A stretch of 50,722 nucleotides of DNA from the IMG/VR virus record IMGVR_UViG_3300031992_004563, positions 329,798 through 380,519 of that record. One strand, given 5' to 3'. The stretch is from a virus (lineage: Duplodnaviria; Heunggongvirae; Uroviricota; Caudoviricetes). Numbering within the stretch: the stretch's first letter is position 1; each line of letters starts with the position of its first letter. Below are positions 1 to 11,527 of the stretch, piece after piece. The position numbers and the translations under genes were made by a program. The notes below the pieces were generated by a model. That model was not told the origin of the DNA and made no database searches. It saw nothing but the letters and a program-made list of their open reading frames with translations.

Positions 1-277
1 TAGCAACACGTGATGGAGCAACTACGTTACCAACACCAAGAGTGTTATAAAGGTTATTATATGGAGCATAAGCACCGCCAAATTCAGAGAAGTTATTTGC
101 ACCCATTACTGGAGCAGCTTCGTTTAAGGATTTAGCTGTATTGTGAGCTAATTGACTCATCCAAGCTAATTTTTCTGGGTCCTTAACACCAGTTGTACGT
201 TCGATCATTGGAGACCATGCTTCATTGATCATTTGCTCTGCGTTTTTAGCAACAGCTTTTTGATTGTTTACTTTCAT
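1..277 (-). CDS. gp23: Major capsid protein (T4 gp23-like), N-terminal part; runs off the window start
   Basis: Hand translation MKVNNQKAVAKNAEQMINEAWSPMIERTTGVKDPEKLAWMSQLAHNTAKSLNEAAPVMG... resembles the W-x-P-x-I...W-M-S...L-N-E prodomain of gp23-type capsids of large phages. C-ending (high-expression) codons. Only about 92 aa visible. Confidence 0.6.
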   Translation of the reverse strand, partial: MKVNNQKAVAKNAEQMINEAWSPMIERTTGVKDPEKLAWMSQLAHNTAKSLNEAAPVMGANNFSEFGGAYAPYNNLYNTLGVGNVVAPSRVA

Positions 278-560
278 ATTATTTTTTCTAGTTATTTTTT
301 ATTTAGTGTGTTACCTATAATAAAGTAACGGATAATCATTTTTCTAACTGTTTAACTAATTTGAATCAATTTAATGTCCTTATTTCGTAAATTTAGTTTC
401 TTAATACTCATAAATTACGTTAAAATGAACGAGATGTGTTTTTGTTTCTTACATTACTCTTTCATATTAATTAATTTAGAAAGACAATTATGTATATAAA
501 TTTTTATTATTTATTTTTCAATTTTTGAACATTTCTGCAGTTTGCTATAATTATGCATTT

Positions 561-1280
561 TTATTCAACTGTTTCGCTATTATTGAATATATCTTCAAGG
601 TCAGATGCTAATTCTCTAACAGCTAAAAGATTTAATCGTTCATCATTAGTTGAAACACAAAGAACTGCGCCAAATGCTTTACCATGAATGTCTTTAAGAT
701 TTAAAATTGCATAAGATTTAGCATTAACATAATCCATTTGTTGTGCTAAATATCTATCAGCTTTTTCAAATTCAGCGTGATTAAAGTAAAGTAATTTATT
801 TTTACCAAGATCTTCAGAAAGAAGAATGTCATAACGTGCAACAATATCATCGCGGAATTTTTCAATTGCAACATATTTAGATTTATCTGCAGCAACTTCG
901 AGAGTCATATCAAAACGACAGAATTGAATTCCAGTCATTACATTTTCAGACCCATTGTGGTATTCAATTAAGAAAATATATTCTGCGCCAGTTAATTGAA
1001 TATATTCTTGCATTTTATGTTTTGCAAGAGCATATGCTTGTCTAGCATTTTCAAAATTAATTTTATGTGCAGCTCTATTTCTTTCATCTCTGTTATCCAA
1101 TGAACTAGTTACTGCTTCAGATACCTATTTTTGAGAAAATGCATTATTTATAATTGTTGTTACAAATGGACTAATTAAAATCCATATAACTGCGAGGGCA
1201 AAAAGTGTTTTAAACCACCATTTTTCTCCCCATTTATCGAACACTTTTGTTAAAAAATTCTCAGATATTTTTGTTTCCAT
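561..1280 (-). CDS. 239-aa membrane protein: one N-terminal TM helix plus soluble domain, possibly T4 holin T-like
   Basis: ATG at 1280 is in frame with ORF 561..1100 through one TAG (1125-1127). Hydrophobic WWFKTLFALAVIWILISPFVTTII is followed by an IEYHNG...G..F..FDMT.E segment typical of holin-T-like GAF-fold domains. The function call is weak. Confidence 0.55.
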
Positions 1281-1356
1281 TTGGAGTGTTATGTTACATT
1301 ACTTTCTTTTTTTATTTATTTTAATGTGAAATGATAAAATTTAATAAATAATATGT

Positions 1357-2601
1357 ATGGAAAAAGATTTAAATAAAACAATATTAGAAACCGTATCTAA
1401 TGCCATATAGTTAGCATTGGATGACTTTGATTACAATGAAACAGATAATCAATTAAAAGATTATATTGAAGCTGATGATTCTACTGCAGATTTTCAACGT
1501 CATCTTGGTCAAACATTAATTACATAGAAAACTTTTATACATGAATTATTAAAACGTTTACCAAATGTAGACAAAAAAATGTTTGCACCATTTGGATTTG
1601 TTAACTATAAAATAACAGGAAATAAAAAAGATTGGCCATATATAACGTCATTAAATAACAATATGGCAGAACGAATTCGTGAAAAATATTAGGAAATGTT
1701 AGACACTAAAGGCTGGACAACATTATCTGGTTCACATACATTTTTTGAATTAATTCTTATTAGAAATGATATATTTAAAAAATATCATATATATGATGAT
1801 AAACAACCACGTGGTCAAGATGCATATAATGCATTTACTTCAAAATCATCATATTGGTTTGATTAGTTTAAAGGAAAATATAAAGAATTTAATGATGCAT
1901 TAGAATTATTAGCATATTATCACCCAAAATTAAAAGAAACAATAAACTTTTGGATAAATTAGATTTCATTATCAAATGATGGTGCATTCATTGCAGTAAT
2001 GTATGATGTATATGATGTAGATCTTAATAAAAGTAAACGAAAAGTTGAAATATTTAGTACATCTAAAATTATTGGTGAAAAAGGAATAGATTTAAAAGAG
2101 GAAAGTACAATTAAACGTAAATAGACAAAATTCAAAAATTATTTGAATAAGATTAATATTTTAGATGAAAAACTTCCAAAATTATTTTCACAAACAACTA
2201 TTAATGGGCATGTTGCATTTAGTGTATCTGCAAATTCTAATATAGATTTTGATTATAGAACACGTTGGCATGCTAGAGCAAATGAAGCATATGAATTATT
2301 TAGAAAATAGTTTGAATATACAAAAACATTTGACACAATTTTATATATTAGTCATTTAATGATTAATTGCTTATATATAGAAGACAAATATCATAATGGA
2401 ATATATGATGAATTACAATCTAATGGTATAAAACCATATATATTAATATCTAGTAAAGATGGAAAATATTTAATGGCATTTTATAATATGTATAAAGATT
2501 ATAAAGAATATAAATTAGTATGTGCAATTATAGATAATACCAATTATGATATAATGCCAAAAGAATATTTAAAAGAAATAGAATATAATCCTATTAATTA
2601 A
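1357..2601 (+). CDS. 414-aa hypothetical protein with ILE..LALDD N-terminal leader
   Basis: Open frame from ATG 1357 to TAA 2601 with 7 in-frame TAG. Starts MEKDLNKTILETVSNAI*LALDDFD and includes track ORF 2359..2601. Confidence 0.8.
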
Positions 2602-2632
2602 AAAAGAGACTCAATTTTAAGAGTCTCTTTTT
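2601..2632. terminator. Bidirectional intrinsic terminator between convergent genes
   Basis: AAAAAGAGACTC-aattttaa-GAGTCTCTTTTT inverted repeat with A/T tails. Confidence 0.8.
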
Positions 2633-2651
2633 AATTATTCAATTTTAATAA

Positions 2652-3533
2652 TTAATCATTAAAATTTTTATATTTTTCTTCTAATGCAGGATCATCATTA
2701 TTAACTTTATCTGTTAATCGTGTTTCTGGATTAATATCAAATGTTGCTAATCTTGGAACACCAAGTAATGTACTATTTATAGTGCTTCCTGGAAGATTAA
2801 TCAAATACATTGGGTCTGGCTCAATTTCATCTGGGTCTGCATCATAACAAACACCATTTGATGCAACAATTGTTAACATTTTGAGATTTCCATCTCCATC
2901 ATTAACTACATTTGTTACTTGAGCTTTCATTCCATTTTCTTTAATAATAACCCAGTCCATAGGTTCATAGATAATTTCTATATTTTCTTTATCTATAACA
3001 GATTCTGATAATTCATTTGCTTCTTCAACTTCTACAGATTCCTATTGAGGTTGTTGCATTGGTGCCAATGGATTATCAACACCTGCTTCAGAAGATAATT
3101 TTTCAACTTTCTTTTCAAATTCTCTTCTATCTTTGGTGCCGTTTGTTATATCAGCCATCTTTTGTGACAATTTAATATCACCATTAGTTGTTAAACCTGG
3201 CTTTTTAATTTTGGCTCTTTCTAATAAAAGCGAATCAATCAATTGATAACCATCTTCTAACAATGAAGTGTTTACATAATCTTGATCCTATTCATCAAAT
3301 GCTTGTAAATCTTCTACAGCATTTTCGTTTTCATTAATAGTATATATCAAATCATCGAAATTACCATAGAAAACTTTATCACCAATTTCATATACAGCCA
3401 TTGGCTCTTTCTGCCTCAACAAATCAAAAATTCCAAAGAATTTAATTGATTCGTTTTTGGCAGATTGGACCTATGTTATTTCAACTGCATTACCTGCATT
3501 TTCTAATGCATATTCATACAATTTGTTTATCAT
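2652..3533 (-). CDS. 293-aa acidic hypothetical protein, probably virion/prohead-associated
   Basis: ATG 3533 joins track ORFs 3042..3263 and 2652..2960 through 3 in-frame TAG. Lies directly downstream of the 1228-aa protein. Confidence 0.75.
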
Positions 3534-3545
3534 ACTATTAATTAA

Positions 3546-6500
3546 TTATTTTTCAGATTTTACATACTCAGCTTTTAATTTCACAAATGCTGCTCTTGCT
3601 TCATTTAATGAAATTTTACCAGATGTTTCAACAGATTCATTTTTTTGTTGTGGTTGTTGTTGATTTTGTGCTGGTTGTTGAGCAGGCTATTGTTGTGCTG
3701 GTTGTTGAGGTTGAGCCTATTGTTGAGGTTGAGCCTATTGTTGAGCAGGCTATTGAGCTGGAGCCTGTTGTTGAGGTTGTTGTTGAGGTTGAGCCTATTG
3801 TTGAGGTTGTTGATTTTGTGCTGGTTGTTGAGCAGGCGCATTATCTTCTGTTAATGATTCTTCTATATTTTCATCTTCAACCCCTGGTTTTGGAGCTTCT
3901 TCTTCAGCTTCATGTTCATCTGTTGCAGATGTGTTGTCATCATTAAAATTAATTTCTTCCTCATTATCTTTAGGTTCTTCAAATTCAATATTATCAGCAG
4001 GCTTATCAATAACTGTATCATCAACTTTATATGTTGGAGTAATTACATCTTCTTCATCTGGTTCATCTTCAACACCTTTGAATAATTCAGATGCTTTTAC
4101 GGCTTTAGGTTCTTCTTCAGTTGGAATTACATCTTCAGCTTTTTCTGCTGGGTCTTCAACTGGAGCAACTTCTGCTGGAGTATCTTCTTTTGCGGTAATT
4201 GTTAATGAACCATCTGGCTCATCTTTAAAATCAAAGTAGCCTTCTTCATCATCCTTTTGAAGTTCATCAGATGCGTTATCAACTGTTTTTGCATCATAAT
4301 AAACATCATCATAATCTGGGAAATCTTTTTCATCTGAATTAAATGTATTAGTTGTTTCTTCTGGATTAGAAGTTACTTCTTCAGCTGGAGCTTCTTCTGT
4401 TGGGATTTCTTCAGTTTTTCCACCTTTGCCTTCAGCATCGGCTTTTTCAAATTTATCATTTGATTGAATTGAAGATACCATTGCATTATATAATGCTACA
4501 GGAATTTCACCAGCTTCAATAACTGGAAGATGAGTTTCTTCATCAATATAGAATTGATATGTTTTAGAATCAGTATATAAAGTACCATCAGCTTTAACCA
4601 TATCAGTCATAATTGCAATATTACCGGTTCTGAATAATTCACCAGTTTTAAGATTTTCATCAAATGCAATATTTGCAATCTTATAACCTTCTGGCATTGG
4701 AACAGACATTTCATTTGATTCAACATCGGTTACAGGATTAACTTCACCTTCATCTTCTAATGGTTCTTCTTCATCTGTTACTACAGGAGATTCTGTAGGT
4801 TCTTCTGTAGGTTCTTCTGTAGGTTCTTCATCATTAAGAACTTCAGCAAATGGATCTTTTTCTGGTGTTTCATCTGGAGTTTCTTCAGATGTTTCATCAG
4901 AAACAGGTTTTTCTAATTCTTCTGCATTTGGCTCTTCATTTTCTTTACCATCGCCATCTAATGCATGATGAGACATATTAACTTCTGTATTATCCATTTC
5001 ATCGCCTGGAACTTCTGAACCACCTTCAAGATATTGGTCAAATTCATCATCAGATACACTTAAATTTCCACTTTCTTGTGATAATGGTGCAGATAAATCA
5101 GCTTTTGCTGCATCTACATCTTCAGCATCAATAGGTTCATTACTCTTTTCAACTTCAGTATTGTCGTCTTGAGTATTTTCAGCATTATCTTCTGTATTTT
5201 CTTTTTCATCATCTTCAGGCTTTTCATCCTTATTATTTTCAGGATTAGTTACCTTATCAACTTCATCTTGCCAATCTTTATATTCTTTCTTAAGTTCATC
5301 AACTTTATTTTGTGCAGCTTCAATAGCAGCATCAAGTTTCTTTTCACTATCTTCAGAAATATCTTCTTCTTTAGCTTTCTTAAGTTTTTCGATTGTAGCT
5401 TCATATTTAGCGATTGATGATTCATATTCATCTTTAGTTTCATTCAATTTCAAGTACATTTTATCTTGAGATGGAATTAAATCTTCAAACAAATATGATA
5501 CATTAATACCCATATGGTTATTAATTAAGTTACGACATTGAATTGGATTAACATTATGATAGAATGTTGCATTTAACATTGCTTCATTAACAGCATTTAC
5601 AAAGATGTTTCCATTTAAATTGAATAAATCAACATGAATGCCTTCATCTTCATTAAGTGCAATATGTTTACCAAAGTTAATATTTGCAATATTATCAAAG
5701 TTTTCTGCTAAACATGATGTCATAATAAAGAAATTATTATCAAAATCATATTTAAGTTGCATATTGCCAAGATCTCTTACAGATTCAATAGATTCTTTAT
5801 TACCATTAATATCAATGTAACTCTCATAAATATTAGCAATCTTATTATTTCCAACTAATGTAATATGGTCTTCATTCATAATTACACGAGGATCATTAAC
5901 TAATTGGCATAATGCAATGAAGTTTTCTGATAATTGTGGAATATATTCTTCTGAAAGTTTAGCAAGAGTATTGCCTTTCTTTACATAGAATTGGCCATTA
6001 GCATTGAATACACATTCATTCTCTTTAATATATTGAACTGGAGAATAGATATTAGATACATTAGCATGTTCTTTAATGAGTTTTGCTCTATCTTTAATAG
6101 TCATTGTAATATCATTTACTAAGAATGATGGTTTATTGTTAAAGTATTCAAGTTCTTCCAACATTGCTTTGCAATATGGGTCACCTGCAAATGAAACTAA
6201 TGCAGCTTTTAATTGGTTGCAATTAATATCTGTAGGATTTTTAATAAATCTGCATGCATCCTCTTCAATTATTGGAATAATATAATATGAATTGGTTGTA
6301 TACATTTCTTCAAGAATCTTAGTAATTGCAATTGAAGATGTATTTTCTTCTGCAACTTTTTCAAGACGTTTAATTTCTTTATCAACAGATTTAAGATAAT
6401 TGAAAGGAGTAATATTTTTAATAAATCCTTCATATAATCTTTCTTCATAAAGACCTTGATTTAAAGCACCTTTATATTGTTCAAGTGTTTCAACCAATTT

Positions 6501-7232
6501 CTTATTAGTTTTTGCATCAGAATTCATAATATTTTTAATAGATTCGCCTAAGCAAATTCCATTAGCATTAACTACATTATCAAATACTAATGCAGAACGT
6601 TCTGCTTCTTCTACGGCTTTCATTTCAGCATATTTCTTTTCAGCATATGCATCAATTTCAGCTTTAGCATCTTCTACTTTTTGACGAAGTTTATCTTCTT
6701 CAATTTTACGTTGAATTTCATTAAATTTAGAAGAATTGTCAAATGTAGAAATTTGTTGTGGTTCTAATTGTGCATTTGGATTAGCAATTACAATTGTTAA
6801 TTGTGGTGCAACTGGATCACCGGATTGTTCCAATACATCTACAGCATTAACTAAAATAGCTTTTGATTTAGCATCATTAGCCGCGAGATAATTTGTATAT
6901 GCATCTTCACACGCGCATTTTGCTGCATCATCACAAATACATTCCATTAACTTATAAGTATTAAGTTCTTTACCATAAGTTGCAAGATTTGCATTCATTT
7001 CATTAATAACATTCTTAACTGCTTTGTTTCCAGATACAAAATTTGAAAGGCCATGACCAAATTCTTCATACAACATAAATTCTTTGGTTGCGCCTTCTGC
7101 TAATACTTTTTGATATTCATTTAAATAATGTGATAAACGTTGATTTGAACCAGCGTTTGCCTCAAGCAAAGTATTAACATAAGATTGAATCTTAAAGTTG
7201 TCTAAAACAGCTTTTGTTTCTTTTTTTGCCAT
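3546..7232 (-). CDS. 1228-aa large acidic protein, possible prohead core/scaffold-type structural protein
   Basis: Track ORF 3795..7232 continues through 5 TAG in a Q/P/A repeat to TAA at 3546-3548 (...QQKNESVETSGKISLNEARAAFVKLKAEYVKSEK). Coiled-coil segments and a very acidic C-half. Function is inferred only from composition and context. Confidence 0.7.
3645..3837 (-). repeat. Coding Gln/Pro/Ala low-complexity tandem repeat
   Basis: Units such as CAA-CAA-CCA-GCA, CAA-CCT-CAA-CAA-TAG-GCT and CAA-CAG-GCT; TAG alternates with CAA/CAG at equivalent positions. Confidence 0.9.
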
Positions 7233-7299
7233 AAATTTTTCTTTTATTTTTATATGTTTTTATTATAGTTTTTTCACTATTTTATTATTTATTATTAAT

Positions 7300-7328
7300 A
7301 AAAATGGCCACTTTTAATAAAAAGTGGC
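7300..7328 (-). terminator. Intrinsic terminator after the gp15-like gene
   Basis: GCCACTTTT-aata-AAAAGTGGC hairpin followed on the minus strand by a T-run. Confidence 0.65.
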
Positions 7329-7361
7329 ACAAGTTATTTAATATCAATTAACTAGCTGTAG

Positions 7362-8768
7362 TTAAAATACGTTTATAAATTCATCTTCATCCTAAAAAGC
7401 TGCCATAATTTCAGGTCTATCATGGTCTCTGATAAATAATTGAATCTTTCGAGATTCTATTTCTTTAGGATATATAAAGCATTCCATTTCAATAGGGCGT
7501 TCAGTGTCTAATGCACCATTTAATATGTTTAATTTAATATTTTGTTCTTTTATTTCATCATTAAATTCATATGATAACACTGCATCAATCTATGTTTTTT
7601 CTGTCTAATTGTTTAATAAGAAACATCCTTTGTTAATAACTACACATGTATCTTCTGTTATTTGTCTATTAGGTAGTGCATAAAATTTGATTTCCGGCTG
7701 GCTAACTATCATAATATCATCATCCTATGGAATAATAATATCTATTTCAGGACTATTAACAAAGTCACCAGAAATACTCATATGACAACAATTATGGTTA
7801 TCTATATTATTTAGTATAGTATGGTATGTAGTGTCTCCAAATTCCTTATATAAAATATCAACATATAAAAGATCTGAATAATTATAAAAATATGACCATT
7901 TTAATAAAATATTTTCTAAAGCAACAATATTCATTTTATCAATATGTTCTGCTTCAATATACCCATTTTCTTTTATAGTATCTTTGTCATTTAATGTTGT
8001 TTTATCCTATAATGTTATTCCTCCACTAAATCCTTTTATATTTCTTTCTGCTGGCATTTCTGTATATGGATCAAATACCGGTTGATACGTTTCACATTGC
8101 AAACCAAAACTTAATTTAACATCTGCACCATCTTTTTGTTGAGCACCCATAGTATAATTAGCAGTTTTATTTTCCGTTAATGATTCTGGAAAACCAATTC
8201 TGCATGGAACAATTGTTCCTTTATAATTAATATGGAATGTTTTGTTTTTATAGAAAAATTCTCTGTAAGCTTGTTCTATTTTCCACATTGTGTTGACAGT
8301 ATCACAAGCAATATTAACAGTAAAACTCATTGTTAATGGAATAGAATAAAGGCAGGCAACATATGGTTTTAATTCTCCATTAATTCTTTTTTGAAATTGA
8401 CCCATAACAAATCTGTTAGAAATATTTCCTGATTCGATATTAGTTGAATCTAAAGAAATGACACCATAAGGAATTGGTTTATAATCCCCATTCACTTTTT
8501 TGATTCCCATTGAAGTGCATTCATCATCTGTCCAATTCATATAGTTATCTTGAATAAACTTTTCAGATGTGCCAGAACCACCAGAAAAATCAAAGAAAAA
8601 TGGAACTGTAACTTCCTATGTTCCTTCTTCAGTATCTTCCCAAACTTGAGTGTATTTCAATTTTTGATTAAGAACACGAAGAACACCCATAATTACAAGA
8701 CGTGAAAAAACATCTGAAGTATTTCTATTTTCATACAATTGTTTAGCAGTTATCTATGTTTTTGACAT
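7362..8768 (-). CDS. gp15: Tail terminator/sheath stabilizer (T4 gp15-like) with C-terminal extension, 468 aa
   Basis: ATG 8768 to TAA 7362 through 7 TAG, joining track ORFs 8007..8540, 7725..7934 and 7392..7580. Motifs VPFFFD..G...EKF, IPYGVISL, YS.P.T.SF.V.I and TYQPVF are typical of gp15-like proteins. Confidence 0.65.
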
Positions 8769-8807
8769 TATATATAAAATACAATTTTATTATTTATTAT
8801 GCAAAAT

Positions 8808-8837
8808 AAAAGGTACCTCTTTTTTGAAGTACCTTTT
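8808..8837. terminator. Intrinsic terminator
   Basis: AAAAGGTAC...GTACCTTTT inverted repeat between co-directional genes. Confidence 0.55.
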
Positions 8838-8844
8838 GCTTATA

Positions 8845-9312
8845 TTAATATGAATCATCAAAGAATGAATGTTTAATAGTTTCATCTGTTCTAAAATCTA
8901 TATATACAAGTTGAAATTCCCATGATACTTTACGATGTCTTTCTAACCATGGATACAGACCTTCTTCATTTGCATAATCTGCTATTCTATCATAATCATC
9001 TTTATTAATATATATATTTCCCAATTTATCCTGTATACCATATATTTTAACTATACCCCATAATCCAGATCCTAATAATGCATCAAGTTTTTTATTACTT
9101 TTATTTGTTAATAAACTTGGTATTTTATAAGTACCATCAAGTTTTAACCAACCATCTTCAATACCTTTTTTCATTTCTACATATGACATTAATTTATTAC
9201 TAAATATAAGTGTATCTTCAGGATCAATATCCTCGTTCAATGCCTTCTTAACTTCTTTAGCTACTGAAGCCATGATGCTTTCATATAAAGCTTTTTTATT
9301 ATCTTTTTTCAT
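8845..9312 (-). CDS. 155-aa hypothetical protein with MKKDNKKALYESIM...ALNE leader
   Basis: Intact ORF; leader shared with four other genes in the window. Confidence 0.85.
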   Translation of the reverse strand: MKKDNKKALYESIMASVAKEVKKALNEDIDPEDTLIFSNKLMSYVEMKKGIEDGWLKLDGTYKIPSLLTNKSNKKLDALLGSGLWGIVKIYGIQDKLGNIYINKDDYDRIADYANEEGLYPWLERHRKVSWEFQLVYIDFRTDETIKHSFFDDSY

Positions 9313-9329
9313 ATATTTTTTATTATTTT

Positions 9330-10250
9330 TTAACTTACTGCATCAGCAAAATCCTTTGCCATTTGTTTTGCATCATCTAAAGTTTTAGCAGTCCATGCTT
9401 TTCCTTTATATCCGCAATCGCCTTTTTTAATTTTAGAACCAATTCCAAAACCGTAAATTGCTCTATGACTCCATCCATACCATTTTTGCTCTTTTTCTGA
9501 AAAACCAATAGAACCATTATAAACTTTAGAAATTCCATGCTTAGCAAAAAATTTCATAGTTCCTGATGGTTTCCCATCTGAAGGAACTGATGTTACATAA
9601 GCACCAGTGGACTTATCAACATATTCTTTATAATGAAAGCCTGGTCTGGTTTTTGTTTTAAAATTTTCATCAAAGAACTTTTTAGACATTATTCTTTCTT
9701 CATTTAAATATGCATATTGTTCATTTAATGTTTTTTCTGTAGAATTAAAATCAAAATCTTCAAAAACATTTGGCATTCTAGATGCTGCATAATCATGAGC
9801 GATTTCCATATCTCTTGATCTAAAATAATCTTTTTGAGATAAATCATTAGGTGTATATCTCATTAAAGACTATTTAATTGAAGAACCATCTAATGGAATA
9901 GTGTCTTCAGTTTCAAAATCTTGAACATAAACAAATTTAGGAACCTATTCATCACTTCCAGGAGTCCAATATATATATTTAATCATTCCACCATGTTTCT
10001 TTCCATCATATGGACAATACCCAGTAACATAATCACCAACAAAATGTTTAAATGATTTATTCTTATCTTCTGGCCCTGGATCATTTCCTTTTTGACATAA
10101 TGAAAATGATAATGGTTTTATTTCATATGAAAATCCTGAACAATTATAATCCTATGTAGAAGAAAAACCAGCAGTAGCCGCCCAATCTTCATTAAGCGGA
10201 TTCATTATCTAATTAGGATTAACTTTAATTATTTTTGGATTATTATTCAT
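9330..10250 (-). CDS. 306-aa hypothetical protein, several L-N-E motifs
   Basis: ATG 10250 joins ORF 9330..9863 through 4 TAG; contains PLNED, TLNEQ, YLNEE. Confidence 0.75.
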
Positions 10251-10256
10251 AAAAAA

Positions 10257-10514
10257 TTATTTTCTTATTTCCCAATTCACTCCAAATTCTGCCATTTTTC
10301 TTTTAGCAGATTCTAAACCATCTTTAAGACCTACTTTATACCACTATTCTTCTCTTTCAGTTTCAAATGAATACGGCTCAACTACATGCATTTGCTCAAT
10401 TTCATCTGCATCCATTATATATTCGCGTTCTGGAGTATTTTCATTTAATGCCTTTTTAACCTCTCTGGCTACTGATGACATTATTGATTCATATAATTTT
10501 TTCTTCTTTTCCAT
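10257..10514 (-). CDS. 85-aa hypothetical protein with KKLYESIM...KKALNE leader
   Basis: MEKKKKLYESIMSSVAREVKKALNENTPERE...; one TAG; ends TAA 10257; absent from the ORF track. Confidence 0.8.
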
Positions 10515-10516
10515 GA

Positions 10517-11059
10517 TTATTTACTCTCTAATTTGCAAATTCTAAATAGGTATATATATCTATGAACTATCTCTAAGAATCCAGACAATAAATTTCTGCA
10601 TCCTTCATATTCCATATCATCTTTATGAAGTTCAAACCAATTAACTACGCAAACTTTTAATTCATTAATTAATTGAATTGGATCATTTTGGATTGGAAGC
10701 TCAAGTTTTGTTATTTCATCACCATTAAATTGACCAATAACTGATTGGATATTTTCAGCAATAGCATCTTTAAATTCTTCCAATTCATCTCCAAAATCAT
10801 CAATAGTTTTATGATATGACATAGAAAAACTTGCCCAATGAAGTTGTTTAAATTTATCAGCAAATGCCATAATTTTTGCAACAAATATAATATCTTTGGA
10901 AATTTCTTCTTTAGGCTTTCTATATTCACCATCATGAAGATCAACAAGAATCTATTTAACACCTCTTACATATTCAGCTTGTTCAGGTGTTATTTGTTGT
11001 GTAATAGCCTTTACAGCTTCTTTATTTAATAATTGGTCTTTTGATATAATATATCCCAT
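10517..11059 (-). CDS. Ferritin/Dps-like four-helix-bundle protein, 180 aa
   Basis: ATG 11059 extends ORF 10517..10870 through one TAG. The KQLHW......H...DDF..ELEEF.D.IAE pattern matches the Dps/ferritin-like metal-site helices seen in T4-like phages. Confidence 0.55.
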
Positions 11060-11121
11060 TTTAGACAATAATAACTTTATTTTTATTATTTATTATTAAA
11101 ATAATGATTAGAAATTTACAT

Positions 11122-11220
11122 AAAAAATGGGCAAGGTTTGATAGCCGTAATTGACAATGGTTTCTCTGGCATTATAAAATTGACCAAGAACTTGAGTGGC
11201 TATTTCTCTTACCCTAAAAA
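11122..11220 (-). ncRNA. Candidate small structured RNA (not a tRNA)
   Basis: GC-richer island in an AT-rich divergent intergenic region. Terminal stem GGGTAAG/CTTGCCC, inner stem ATAGCC/GGCTAT, T-run after the stem and GATAAATA motif upstream (11238-11245) on the minus strand. Confidence 0.3.
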
Positions 11221-11527
11221 CTTTTAATTAGTTTTGATATTTATCTAAGAAAAAACAAAATGCGTATAAATAACATATAATATTAAATATGTTAGACATA
11301 TCATAAATTTTGTATAAATTCATATTTTAAGACAATAGTTATAAAATATTTTTAGATTTTTTATAGAGTGGTTAAGCCGGTATAATTAAGATGAATCTAT
11401 TTTATATTAACGTTTTAAAGAATTATTTTAAGATTGATGGAGTTGTTAAGCAGGCATGAAGATTAACTAATTTCATTTAAAGCTAATTATCTTAGTATGA
11501 ATATTATAAAAACAAATTTATAGAGAT

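Noticed and set aside
3645-3837. Possible CRISPR array
   Set aside because: Triplet-periodic coding repeat with no constant repeat/unique spacer structure; no CRISPR array seen anywhere in the window
3457-4239. Several overlapping plus-strand and alternate-frame ORFs in the track (3457, 3587, 3605, 3645, 3931)
   Set aside because: Shadows of the minus-strand Q/P/A and acidic repeats. The same applies to other antisense ORFs such as 20072, 22526, 29146, 40906 and 47674.
11151-11178. TTGACA-N16-TATAAA sigma70-like promoter
   Set aside because: Suboptimal spacing, the inferred host uses TAnnTTTG promoters, and no gene start is nearby; likely chance
11128-11214. Possible amber-suppressor or other tRNA (7-bp acceptor-like stem plus A, 87 nt)
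   Set aside because: No T-arm (TTCRA) or D-arm and no CTA anticodon loop; kept only as a generic structured-RNA candidate
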